Assembly: GCA_013239625.1 (NCBI GenBank) | Contig: MU053994.1 | Coordinates: 3,765,898-3,818,912, forward strand | Reading direction: 5' to 3' | From: Lama guanicoe | Taxonomy: Eukaryota | DNA length: 53,015 nt | Shown: in pieces, positions 1 through 11,608 of the stretch | How the letters are laid out: each line of letters begins with the position of its first letter | Position numbering within the stretch: the stretch's first letter is position 1 | Translations under genes and position numbers: made by a program | The notes under the pieces: generated by a model | Database searches by the model: none | Told to the model about the DNA's origin: nothing | What the model saw: only the letters and a program-made list of their open reading frames with translations

Positions 1-9
1 AATAGCCCT

Positions 10-360
10 GATGTGCCAGGCACTATGAAAAGGGGTGAATCAGACACAGGGGGCCTTGTGAGGGCAGAAACTGCCTAGGGCGAGAGCCAGGCATTGATAA
101 AACTCATAATAAGGAAGAATAAAAGAGAGGTGCTGGCTGCACTGGCAAAGTGATCTGGAGCCGCAGGGGAAAGTGGTAATGAAGTCCAACTCCAAGGATC
201 TGGGAAGGTGTTCATGGAGAAGGAGGGGTTTGCCTTGGGCCTTGAAGGCTGAGTGGGAATTCTCTAGGCAGAGAAATGGGACGAAGGCATTTCAGGCTGA
301 GGCACCTGAAAGGTGCTGATATGGAGACGTGGAAGGACCTGGAATGTGCAGAGGACTGTG
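10..360 (-). mobile_element. L2 LINE fragment, 3' region, ancient
   Basis: ATGTGCCAGGCACT...GGGCCTTGAAGGCTGAGTGGGAATTCTCTAGGCAGAGAA...GAAGGCATTTCAGGCTGAGG resembles the reverse-strand L2 3' region; probably continues at ~965-1157 and ~1570-1640. Confidence 0.6.
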
Positions 361-399
361 GACACCTAGATCAATTTAGGCTAGATATTTTTTTCTATT

Positions 400-690
400 T
401 GAAATATTACTGCCATGAGCAATCATACACATCTGTTCTTATGAATTTCTCCAATTATTTTCTGAATATAAATATTGAATATGAGGTCAGTGAATCAAAA
501 GGTCCTTTTTAGGCTTCTGAATTTATACTGTATTACCCTCCAAAAAGGTTGTGCTGCTGCCTCTCGCACGACAGTGCTGGCTTTACTGCATCCTTCCCCT
601 GAATCTACAATGACTTTTTATGCCAACATAACAAGATAACAATTTCTGACGATGGCATTTTATCCATGATCAGTAATTTGAGCCCAAGCC
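400..690 (-). mobile_element. L1ME-type old LINE-1 fragment
   Basis: TGCCATGAGCAATCATACACAT...TCAAAAGG...CCCTCCAAAAAGGTTGTG follows the motif order of reverse-strand L1ME ORF2 end/3' UTR. Confidence 0.55.
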
Positions 691-717
691 TTCTTTTCAC
701 TCTTGCTCCCATCTCAC

Positions 718-855
718 AGGCAGTATGTGCAGTGGTTTGGGCCACTGCTCTGGAAGAGATGGTTTAGGATTGAATCCTGGATCTTCTACTTCATAGAAGG
801 GCTGACCATTCCTGCAGAGGTGACTGAGCTTCTCCATTCCTCGGTTTCCTTATCG
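718..855 (+). mobile_element. MIR SINE fragment
   Basis: GGCAGTATGTGCAGTGGTT...GGATTGAATCCTGG...CCTCGGTTTCCTTATC: tRNA-like head plus core start. Confidence 0.6.
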
Positions 856-1165
856 CCGGAGGGAGTGGCCCTAGGAAAAATTTTAGGGTGACTCATTTTT
901 GGTTTTCAAATCTTTCTGTGGTGATTATCCCATTAGGTCTGTTATTTAAAGAAAATCTTATAAAATGTGAATGGTTTGACATGATCAGTCTCTTTGGGAG
1001 GTCAGTGTCTACTGGCTGCCATTAGAACAATGACTCTGAGAAGGCAAGGGTGGAAGGCTGGAAAAGTAGCCTGGATGGAGGTACTCAAGGGTGGGAAGTC
1101 CAGATGGGAAGGGCTGAGATGCTGGTGGTGACAGTGAGAAGGGAGGGAGTCAAGTGTAAGAGAGA

Positions 1166-1469
1166 ACTGTGGGTGAAGGTGATCAAGAGGTACAAACTTC
1201 CAGTTATAAGATGAATAAATTCTGGGCATGTCACATACAGCATGGTGATGAGAGTTAACAACACTGTACTGGATGTTTACAACTTTCTAAGAGTAGATTT
1301 TAAAAGTTCTTATCACAAGAAAAAAATTTGTAACTATGTGAGTTGATGGATGTTAATTAAACCTACTGTGGCAATCATTTCACAGTGTATACATGTATCA
1401 AATCATGATGTTGAACACCTTAAACTAATACAATTAGATGTCAATTATATCTCAATAAAACTGAAAAAA
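1166..1469 (+). mobile_element. L1MA-type (L1MA8-10-like) LINE-1 3' end
   Basis: GGGTGAAGGTGATCAAGAGGTACAAACTTCCAGTTATAAGATGAATAA...TCAATTATATCTCAATAAAACTGAAAAAA is a typical L1MA 3' UTR with AATAAA at 1454-1459. Confidence 0.85.
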
Positions 1470-2102
1470 TTTTTACAACCTAGCTTAAGAAACACACCAT
1501 TTGTAAAATGTTTAATTTTAAAAATAAATGGAATGTAAATTGAAAAAAATTTTTTAAAAAGAAGAGAGAGTGGAGAAGGCTAGCAGAGGAAGACTCAGTG
1601 GGGTTCGGTGAGGGCGTGGATGGGGTGAGTGGGTGGCTTCAAGTTTCCCTTACCAGTATGTCCAGCGCTGCCCTCTGCTCACTTTCATTCCCAAGTCTAG
1701 GGGATGCTGTGGTCCTCTCACACTGACTGCCTGTGGGGAAAATATTGGGCTTGTTCAGCATGCCAGAGAGAGCTGGCTTTTATTGCTAGCTCACTGCACC
1801 GCTGGTTTTATCCCAGCTTTGAAAATGCTCTTATAACAGCAAATGCCATTTTGATGAGACTGTCTTTTCCTTGTCCTCCCTCTTTCCTCTCCTCTGACTC
1901 TTCTTAACTCCTTTATTACCATGCTACTAGGTATGTGCCATAGGGAAACACCCTGGCAGGTGCCACGGGGGGGCGTAGAAAAGAGACAACATGAACCTCA
2001 CTCTTAAAGGGACACTGCAGGGCACCTCCAGTCTCTCAGCTCTTTCCCCAGAGCACTCTGGAAATCATGGCATGACAAGAGAAACAGAGAAGGAAGCTGT
2101 TG

Positions 2103-2295
2103 GTTATTGAGTACCTCCTGCTATGTGCCAGGTAGCATGCTAGATGCTGTACATTTATTTTCTTGTCTAACCCTCTCAACCAGAGTGGTAAGTATTATTA
2201 CCTCGTCTTATAGATGACAAAATTGGTGCTCAGAGAGTTTTGGTAACTGGTACAAGGTCATAATACTAGAGATTTGAAGATGAATCTGTTTGGTT
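2103..2295 (-). mobile_element. MIR SINE
   Basis: TTATTGAGTACCT...TATGTGCCAGG...TTATAGATGACAAAATTGGTGCTCAGAGAG...CAAGGTCA: reverse MIR core. Confidence 0.75.
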
Positions 2296-3619
2296 GACAT
2301 TTGACGCCACTCTGCCTTCACTATCTTTACATCCATTGGCAGAGGGACCGCAGAAACCCATGCTCATCCCTCTCCTGCTGTTTTGAGGGCCTCATTTATA
2401 ATTATTTTCAGAGGGAGGTGAGGGTTCTGGAAATGAATGAGGGGCAGGTTCCAGTAAGCTATTGCCTCTGAAAGATGTCATGGGCATCTGCGCGGGTCCC
2501 AGAGGGTGGCGATTTCCTTGGACTGGCAGAAGTTCCAGAAGGGCTGAGAGCAAAGAACTTTCTAGAGTGACTTCCTCTCTCAGGCTCCTCAGGGCCACAC
2601 TGATAATCTGACTGGATTCCTGGTGGCATGAGGAAAGCCAGACCTGGGTCAGCAGGAAACCTAGTGTCCTAGCTTTCTGTGGAAGACCCTAGAAGCCACC
2701 CTGCTGCTGCTGGTGATGTTGAGAATTGAAGTGATGTGAGAAGTGGGCTGGTTGCAGAGCTTCATGACTGAATGGAAGTTTAGCAACCAGGTCCTAGGCC
2801 AGCTGGTTTTAGCCACAGTGTGGCTTCTTTCAGTTGCCGTTGATTAGCCCCCTTGAGAACAGCGCGACCCTGGCCACTCTGCGGCAGCCTGAGGTGTCGC
2901 ACGGGACAGCCTGCGAGGCCCGGGTTGCTAGGAGTCCTGAGGGGGCGGCTGCCAGGAGAACTGCGGGCGGCCTCAGCCGTGTCGTGCTCAGTACTCTGGG
3001 GCTTCAGGGAGCCCTGGTCTGATCACCTGATACCCCAGGAAGAGGGAGAGGAGGACACACCCCTGGCTCTCAGCTCCCCAGAGACAGAGACTTTTAAGGA
3101 AGCACATCCCTTGGGTTCCTCCCAGAGGGGAGTTCAAGGAAGCTCTCCTGGCAGGCTGGGTAGCAGGCTTCCCTCTAGGAGTCCATAACATCACATCCAC
3201 ACCTTATGCCTGCAGTCATCTCCACTGAAGTTAAAGACATCATTAGAGGCAGAGAGCGAAGACTGTCCTCAGCACCTAGCGTGATGCCTGGTACACAGGA
3301 GATGCTCTGTCAGCGGTGACCTGTTTGTTGGACTAGGAGGGCTGCCCTCAGGGACTCAAGTTCTTTCCATCTTCTAGATCTGCTTGTGTCTTCACAGTTG
3401 CAAAATGGTCGATTTGTTCATATAGAAGGTGAAATGGAGAAGGCAGAAAGGATGACCTTTTATCAAGTAAACAAGGCTTCCCAGAAATCCCTGGCAGATG
3501 AGTGTTACATGGCCATCTCTAAGCAGCAGGAGAGTCTGGGAAGATGGTGTTTTTACCTGGACTTGTCTTTTAAAAAAATCCAAAAAACAAAATCAGTGTT
3601 CTTTTAGCTAATATGGGAG

Positions 3620-4078
3620 TGTATTTGTTTTCTAGGGCTGCTGGAACAAAGTACCACAAATTGGGTGGCTTACACAACAGATATTTATTGTCTCAGAGTT
3701 CTAGGGGCCAGAAGTCTGAGGTCAAGGTGTTGCCAGGGTGGTTTCCCTCTGAGGGCTGTGAGGGAAGGGTCTGTTCTAGGTGTCTCTCCTAGCTTCAGGT
3801 GGTTTGTTGGCAATCTTTGGCATGCCTTGGCTTGTTCCTTGTTATCACTCAGATCTCTGCCTTCATCTTCGCATGACATTCTCCCTGTGTGTGTGTGTTC
3901 TCTGTGCCCAAATTTCCCCTTTTTATAAGGACAGAGTCAGATTGGATTAGGCCCACCCTAATGACCTCATCCTAACTCGATCATCTGCAAAGACCCTATT
4001 TCCAAATAAGGTCACATTTGTAGGTACTGGGGGCTAAGATTTCAGTGTCTTTTAGGGGAACACATTTCAACCTATAAT
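3620..4078 (-). mobile_element. MaLR solo LTR, MLT1C-like
   Basis: TAGGGCTGCTGGAACAAAGTACCACAAATTGGGTGGCTTA...CATCTGCAAAGACCCTATTTCCAAATAAGGTCACATT...CAACCTATAATA; near-complete LTR. Confidence 0.85.
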
Positions 4079-4079
4079 A

Positions 4080-4575
4080 GCTGGTTTTAAAATATAGCCT
4101 TCAAGTTCTTCAACACTCCTCCCATCAGGAGGTGAGGTCTTGCCTCTCTTCTTGAATCTGATTGCTCATAATTACATTTACTAATAGAGTAGAGAGGAAG
4201 TGACTTCAAGGCTAGGTCATAGCCTCTTCTTGGCTTTCTTGGGAAACTCTGAAAGAAGCCAGTCACTGTGTTAGAAGTCTTACCATCTCAAGATTACCAT
4301 CCTGGAGATGTAGGTGTTCTAGTCTTTAGTCCCAGCTGAGCTCCTGGCCAATAGCTGGCATCAACGTCTGCCCTGTGTGTGCACCAACTTGGACATCCAG
4401 CCCGTTTGAGCCTTCAGATGATTGCAGCCTCAGCTGGCATCTGACTGCAACCACGTGAAGACTCCAACCAAGAACTGCTCAGACAAGCCCTTCCTGAAGT
4501 CCTGCCTCATAAAATTGAACTGTTCTTCAAGCCTCTAAATCTGGTAAGTTATTGCACATCAATAGAAAACTAAAA
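4080..4575 (+). mobile_element. MaLR solo LTR, MLT1H/G-like
   Basis: CACTCCTCCCATCAGGAGGTGAGGTCT...GAGCCTTCAGATGATTGCAGCCTCAGCTGGCATCTGACTGCAACCACGTGA...AATAGAAAACTAAAA. Confidence 0.7.
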
Positions 4576-5557
4576 TGATCAGCAATAAAAAGAAAATGAA
4601 TATTGGTCAGCCAATAAGAGCAGTGAGGAATCTGGGACTCTGAGAGAATTATCATCAGGAAGATGGCTCCCATGGAGGCCTTCATCAGAGGCTTTGTGTT
4701 TCTAGGTTTCCACTGAGGGTTGGGGTCCCTCCTTCATGACGAGACACTTGGTTGAGATACATTTGAGTGACCAAAATGGTGATATTATCTGAATGTCCAA
4801 ATAATCATTTTCATGGGAGAAGTTGTGTCAGGGATAATTATGGTTGACTGTTGTAATGAAGACAGTGATCCCTGGTTTGTCTTATTATCAACAGAATGTT
4901 TTGCCTGAACTGGGGAACAGTTGTCATTGGAACACATGGTGCTAGCCTGTATAACCTCTGTTTCACCAAGAAGCAGATACCTCCCCTCCCCCATTTTATA
5001 GGCAACGACCCTATGGGTAGCGTGTTTCTGGCAGATCCTGTATCCTACACCATAGTTTTCAGTTTCCTAGGTTAGTCCGGGGGCTCCAGAGCCAGATTAT
5101 ACCTCTCAAGGGTTGGGTGAAAATAGGGGCTTGTCTTGTAATAGAATCTTCTCAGTGTGTTGAAGGTCATTCTGTACTAACCAGCTCACCTGCGGGTATC
5201 TGTGCTGCTTCTGGTGTCTGAGTTCTACTGCATTTCTGTCCATGTGGCTCTGTTTCTCTGTGCTTTACTAGGTCTTAGGGCCCATCATTTCTTTTATCCC
5301 TTCTTTATATTGTGTCTAAGCTAAATCCTTGCTTTGCTTAACCTTTATTCTATTTTCCTTGACTTCTTCATATTCAGTTTCATGCTTTGATCAATCTCCC
5401 CAACAGCAGTTGCCAAGCAACTTCCTTTCCCTTCTACAGATTCCTCCTAGAATTCCATGTTTCATCAAGCCCTTTGCTCAGCCACACTGGTGCTTTCCAG
5501 GTTTTGTTTGCACTGGTTGAAACTATAGATTATAAACCAAAGGGTTACTACATGGAG

Positions 5558-5702
5558 GAGGATGCAGAGTGGTTAGGGCACAGGCTTGCGGGTCGGAGAA
5601 GCCTGGGTTCAAATTCTGGCTCTGCTACATATTAACTGTGTGACACTGAACAAGCTATTTAACTTTCCTAAGCTCAATTTCCTCATCTGTAAAATGGGTA
5701 TA
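5558..5702 (+). mobile_element. MIR SINE
   Basis: CCTGGGTTCAAATTCTGGCTCTGCTAC...CTGTGTGAC...CTCAATTTCCTCATCTGTAAAATGGG core. Confidence 0.85.
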
Positions 5703-6045
5703 GCAAATCATATTTTCCAAAAATGGCCATAACAATTTCTCCCATCCTCCATTCTCATCTAGAAATTTTCCACTTCCTCTCAGAAAGTAAGGTCTGTGCT
5801 CCTTGCCTTTGAACCTAGATAGATTTATGACTGGCTTGTAACCAACTGAATGCAGTAGCTATAATACTGTATGACCTTAGAAGGTATGTCAGAAAAGGTG
5901 ATGCCACTTTCGCCTTGCTTGCTGGAACACTCATGCTGAAGCCATGAGCTGCCATGTCAGCTGTCTGGCTGCCTAGAACCCACCGTAGTGTGAGGAAGCC
6001 CAAATGAATTCATGTGAGAAACCATATTGAGACACTCTGAAAGTG

Positions 6046-6700
6046 CAGTCTATCCTCACTATTTTCATATTTTGTATTGGCGACCCTCCTTACGTGCCAA
6101 AATGTATGTGCAACCCAAGATCAATACTTGTGGGGCTTTTGTGGTCCTCTGGGGACATGCACATAGTGGCAAATATTTGAGTTGCCTGATGCACACTTCC
6201 CAGCTAAGGTTGAATAAGGCAGCGCTCTGCCATCTTGTTTCAGCTCTCATATGGGTGTAAACAAGTATCTTTTCTGTGGTCTAATATTTAGTGTATTTTT
6301 TGGTGTTTTTGTGTTTTTTGTTGGTGTTTTTGCTGTTTAAAATGGCCTCCAAGTGTGATGCTGAAGTGCTGGCTAGTGTTCCTAAGCACAAGAAGGCTGT
6401 GATGTGCTTTACGGAGAAAACACATGTGTTAGATAAACTTCTTTCAGGCCTGTGTTATAATGCTGTTGGCTGTGAGTTCAATGCTAATGAACCAACAATA
6501 TGTATCAAATAAGGTGTCTTGAAACAGAAACACACACAAAACAAAGTTATGTATTGATCAGTTGTTGAAAATATTGTGACCAGAGGCTTCTAGGAACCTA
6601 ACCCCGTATTTATGCCAGGAACCATGGCTCAGCATTTGCTAATCTCATTTTCATGGTGACTTTATAGGACATAACTGCCTCAAATAATGAGAATAGACTG
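6046..6700. mobile_element. MER82 (Tigger/pogo-family non-autonomous DNA transposon), full length
   Basis: 655 bp with imperfect terminal inverted repeats CAGTCTATCCTCACTATTT / AAATAATGAGAATAGACTG; TA on the right (6701-6702), TG on the left; internal sequence matches recalled MER82. Confidence 0.85.
6342..6512 (+). pseudogene. Relic N-terminus of Tigger/pogo transposase (CENP-B-type/psq HTH) within MER82
   Basis: MASKCDAEVLASVPKHKKAVMCFTEKTHVLDKLLSGLCYNAVGCEFNANEPTICIK fits the Tigger N-terminal pattern K.K.V..L.EK..VLD.L..G.S...VG..F.VNESTI..I. Confidence 0.7.
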
Positions 6701-6997
6701 TACATGAACCGGAAGGATGCTTGGTCAGCCCCCAGCTGCTCCACCCTCCTGCAGGTCCAGCGGCAGTCACTGTCTGACTGTGGCTGCATGAAAGACCCCA
6801 AGCCAGAGCGCCCAAGAGAGCCTCTCAAATTCCTGACCCTTAGAAACTGTGAGATATAATAATTTGGTTTTCAAACAAAAATATTTTAAGTATCTTTAAA
6901 GGACTAAATGGTTTTATTAAGTGCCAAGCACTGAGCTACCGTTACTATCATGAGTCCTCTGTTATTAGCCTTTATTTTATAGAAACACAGATTATTA

Positions 6998-7140
6998 TGT
7001 TGGGAAGTGACCTTAAAGATCACCTAGGCTAATCTCTGTATTTTCAGGTGTAAAATCAGAGGCCCAGAAAGGGGAAATTGTCTGCATTACACAGAAAGTT
7101 GATGGCAGAGTATAAATTAAGAGTAAGGCTCTGTCTCTGT
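6998..7140 (-). mobile_element. MIR (MIR3/MIRc-like) SINE
   Basis: GGAAGTGACCTTAAAGATCACCTAGG...TTTTCAGGTGTAAAATCAGAGGCCCAGAAAGGGG. Confidence 0.6.
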
Positions 7141-9160
7141 GCTGAAGAGAAAAATCTTGTCACTGTTTCCTTGCCTATTTCAGTTATAGATGTCTTAATT
7201 ATTGAAAAAGCACAGCAGAATATGACTCAAATATACAGAGGCCTTGAATTTTCACTGATCCCTTTAGTCCTGGAATCACAGATGGGATAATCTTTTATTA
7301 TTGGTCTTCACAAAAGAGAGTTGTTCAGAGGGATGGGAATTGTGTCCTGGGATATGCTTCAGTAGATACCAATGTTATTATTGGGTTTTGATTAAGCACC
7401 TGATTGAAGGCTTGGTCCGTTTGTGGTAGTTTCTAGTGCAGTGCAGTGTCAGGCCAGGGCATTGGCTGCTGGGGGTGTTTGGGGGTAAGGGAGGTGAGGA
7501 TGTCTGTAGCCATGGTCTTAAAAACACTTCATTTCAGATCCTGTTGACAGTAGCTGGACTTTGGCCTTAGTTCCTGTTTTATACCGGAAATGAGACCTTT
7601 CTAGGGTGGTTTGGATAGTCAGTTTTTGTGTTTTCTGGGTAATAAAGTATCATTTTGGATGAATTTGTGCCTGTGGGCTCTGGGCCATGCTGCTGAGTAG
7701 CAACAAGGAAATAATGGCTCAAGCTGGTAAGTAGGGAAGGGGAGGAGGTATCGATGGGATGGATCCGTAGTGTAGAGTTAAGGGGTTCCAGGCACCACAA
7801 AGGAAACTGGAAGCTTGAGTCAGCAGAGGTAAAAGTTCATCACCCTTTCAAATTCTTTATAAAATATCTACCCCTTTAACAATACTTTGGCCTACAAATG
7901 TATACCTCCCCTGCTGCATTTATTAATGAATCTTTTCTCTTTACATAACTGGCATAATCTGTCATTTTAACAAGAAATTTTTTTAAAGATGATAATTTTG
8001 AAGAATTGAGATGCCATTTTGGATACACTTTAAAAATACCAAAGCCAATTGCAAAATCAAACTAGTAGCTTGGCCCTATAATATTTCAATCTCTTATGAC
8101 TCAGGACGGCCCTCTGGAGGGCTTTAGGAAAGTTCTTCAGGGTTCCTTTGTCTCTGTCCACACAGTCAAAGGGGCCACATATAGAACAGTGGCTGCTTTT
8201 GCTCCACTTCCTCAGCCTCTGCCAGGAATTTTCTTTTTCCTTCTATGTCATGGGCGCTGGGACCTTAAAACTGTTGTAATCCAGGACTTAAATTTGCTCC
8301 CCAAGAATTAACGGAAGACAGACCTCTTTCCTCTGATCCTTTACATGATGATGTTACAGCTTAAGTCTCAGAGAGAAAAGTCCTATTAAGGAGACAAATG
8401 ACTTCCATGTCTGTAAGCCATCACATAATGTATCCAAAGTGAAGGGATTTAATCATTATAAGTTAATTAATAATTCAATTGATGATTATTTTGTGAGTCG
8501 TAAGGAAGAAATGTGTCCACCAGAGAAGTCAGTCCCCTCATGGACACATAGACAAGGGCATGTCACCCAGGCTAATGGCAGTTATTTTTCAAGATTTGTT
8601 CAAGACAGAGGCTGCCCTGCCCCACTGGGTCCTGGGGGGAAGTGGATCCCAATTGTGCAGACAGATGGACCTGATACTCTTAACCTCACGACACCCAATA
8701 GTGGTTCTTCTACCCAAAGACCTTGCCTGATTCCATGCCTAATAAGCAAACTGTTGATATAATCTTCTTCCCATGTTAGGGTTCTTCTAGGGAGAGAATG
8801 CAGTGGTGCAGGTGTCCAGCCCCACCTGTGGACAGATATTTCTTTGTAAATCAGTAGTCTGGCCTTCCTCTTTTACATATCGATCTCACTGAAGGATGTG
8901 GTTAATAGGGGTCTGTTCTTTTTTTTTTTTTTTAAAACCTTTCCTGACATTGAATCAGTTGGGTCAGACAAATGGAGGTGACAAAAGGAAACTTATCAGG
9001 ACCAAACTTTGGGGAATTGATACGCGCTGAAAAAGGACCCACTGCAGTTAGGCAAGAAGCTCAGTAAATGCCTGACAAATGTGTACGTGTGCATCTCGTG
9101 GGTGGGCAGGCCTAGGGGACTGCCTTTGCAAGCCCCTGCTCACAAGTTTTTCAAAGTATG

Positions 9161-9243
9161 GCCTTTGGGTGTGAGGCCCTGGGATCTAGGTTTCAGTAAG
9201 CTCCCAGGTGATTCTGATGCTCACTCAAGTTTGAGAACCACTA
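9161..9243. mobile_element. MER5-type hAT-Charlie fragment, one end
   Basis: AAGCTCCCAGGTGATTCTGATGCTCACTCAAGTTTGAGAACCACT terminal sequence. Confidence 0.7.
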
Positions 9244-10837
9244 CCTTGGTCCTGTTCTCTCTCTGTCCATATCACTGGCAGAAATCATGAGTGAAAGGGT
9301 GATATTGTGTGACTAAATCTAGTTCAACACATTGAACTTCCTCTAAAATTTTTAGCCCCTTAGTTCAACTATCCATTAGGTAATTAATTTGAGGGGACAA
9401 GTATTGGGGTGAAGAAGGACAAACTATAGATGTGACATTTAAAAAGGCATTTAAATATTTTATTCTCAGAAATGGGATTATTATGCTCTTAAATTGTTAA
9501 TTAAATAAGCATTTACTTAGCACGTGACATATTCTTTGTATCAAGGACTACCTAGAAAAATTTGAGTGAGGGAATCCTTTCTTTCTTTCTACCTTTTCAG
9601 CATCCTTCTTTGCACACCTGGTCTTAGCTCCAGGGCTCCCGTGCTGGTACCTGACATCTCAGACTTGGCACCTATACAGCCTGTGATGCAAACCTAGCTT
9701 TCTCTCATCAAAACTTACTTGTGCTGAAGTTCATTCTCACCCGCTACTCAACTAATTGTCTCTCTGGAAAGTGATCTGACTAACTGATCCATGGGAAAGT
9801 GTTGCTAAAGGGTAATAGCTGAAGGTGTTTCCCCTAAGGACCCTTGAGGGCCTAAACTATCAAATCAGGAAAAGTGCATTTCTAAAGGTGGAGTCGAAGG
9901 TGTCATAGAAGGAAGGAGGGAGGAAAATATTTGGGCAGACAGACCTTCCTAGGATTCCTAAGATTGCTCTATGGAGCAGCATATTGTTAATTTTAAGAAC
10001 AGTTTTACTCAAAGCTGAGGTTTAAAGAAATAGTATAAGGATGTTGAATAGAACCAAAGACCCAAAGCCAACTGTAATAGGTGATAAAACCCACCATGTT
10101 CCAAAAAACATATGCAGAACTCATTAAAATTTAACAAAAACCATCTGGACACTATCACCCCAGCAGCATATTTAAGAGGAGACTAGAAATTCAAGAAGGG
10201 GATTTAAGGAATCAGTAAGTACTTGGCTTTTCTCCAGCCATACAAGTGTTTTCTTAGGTTGGAACAGAGCACTGTGATGCAGCTCTTGGGAGAAATTTAT
10301 GTTCTGTCCTTGGAATTTAGGGGTATTTGGGATCAAAGAGACTGATGCCTGCTTCTCACCCGGAGAAGTCTGTAGGGAAGGGCTGGCAGGAGCTGCTATG
10401 CAAGCAGTCCCAGGGTTTGGGAGCAGCACGGGTTGTGCTCCCGCCGTTTAGTGGGCTGGGACGCAGTTCCTGGCAGCCAAGAGGATTGCGGGCAAGGTAG
10501 CTGAAGTCTTCTTTCAGGGACCCTGCCCAAGAAGGTGGCTTATTGGGACAAGGGGATTCTACAAGTAAGGGGCTTCAGGATTTCTTTCAGGTAGAAAAAG
10601 CTGAGGTGGTCAGAACTGATCAGCTGAAGTGTGTCACCAGAGCCAGGAGGCTGCCACCCTCAGGTCCCTGTGGACTCTCCAGAGATCCAAAGATCCCACT
10701 CCATTTGCATCTACAGCCCACAGAAGATCCAGCACTTTGGTGCCTGCCCTGACAGAGGCGTTGACATGCAATGTTGCCCTTTCCTGTAATCGTCTCTCTA
10801 TCCCAGAGAAGCAAGCAGACTGTGCAAGAAGGGAGAG

Positions 10838-11416
10838 TGTACCAGCCTGGGTTTGATGAGAGGAGTAGAATTATGATGAGTAATGTTTAATAAGGGATTT
10901 ATTATAGGAGGTAGACCTTACACACTGTGGGAGCTGATGGAGAAATCTATGTGGGACCGTTGCCTCTACATCTGGTGTTGGGGCCAACGTCTCTATGGGT
11001 CAGTCAGGCCAGCTAGTCAGGAAGGGAAGCTGGATGAGAACTGGGGAAGAGCAAGAACAAACTGGAACTTGATGGCAGAGGTGACCTGTGGGAGACACTG
11101 GCACTGTCTGCTACAGAGCTGCAGACATGCCTTGCCCAGGACCTAGAGAAGCTGAAGGAGGAGATCCAGTGGGATTTGGAGGAACTGCAGACCTGGGTGC
11201 TGCCTACAACAACAAGGTGAGCCAGCAGATCAGCAACAACATGTGTAAGCGGCTGCAGTGCCTGGCACCCTACTCCCACCTTGAGAGCATAAAAATGGCG
11301 GCTCCTTCCCTTCCATCTTAGGCCAGTTTCCCTCGTGCTCCTTCCTAACTCAGACTCAGACAGGGGAGGGAATTCTCAGAAAAGTAGTTGTAGCTTAGTT
11401 AAGTGGCCACACTACA
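10838..11416 (-). mobile_element. ERVL solo LTR, LTR41/LTR52-like
   Basis: Reverse complement begins TGTAGTGTGGCCACTTAACTAAGCTACAACTACTTTTCTGAGAATTCCCTCCCCTGT; other end has AAGGGATTTATTATAGG...ACCTTACAC, typical of ERVL LTRs. Confidence 0.6.
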
Positions 11417-11558
11417 GGAGAAAGTGGAAAGAACTGTTATGACTTCTTATCCAACTTTTTGGTTCTCTGAGCAAGGGAATGAGGAGAAGCTTTGAACTGG
11501 ATATGCGATTAAAGCAAATAGGGCTTGTTCTTAAGGTGGTCGAAAAGTCAGGAGATTT

Positions 11559-11608
11559 TACATTTGAAACTAACACAATATTGTAAATCAACTATGCTTC
11601 AATTAAAA
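11559..11608 (+). mobile_element. Extremely 5'-truncated L1 3' terminus with TSD
   Basis: GAAACTAACACAATATTGTAAATCAACTATGCTTCAATTAAAA flanked by perfect AAAAGTCAGGAGATTT at 11543-11558 and 11609-11624. Confidence 0.85.

Larger units (their letters stand above)
5710..6865 (+). mobile_element. MLT1H-like MaLR LTR interrupted by MER82 (pieces ~5710-6045 and ~6703-6865)
   Basis: TTTTCCAAAAATGGCCATAACA...GTGAGGAAGCCCAA before the insert; TCTGACTGTGGCTGCATGAAAGACCCCAAGCCAG...AATTCCTGACCC..AGAAACTGTGAGA after it. Confidence 0.7.

Noticed and set aside
9380..9460. CR1 RT remnant (EEGQTIDVTFKKAFK vs DEG..VDV.YLDF.KAFD)
   Set aside because: Too short and gapped to distinguish from chance without an HMM search
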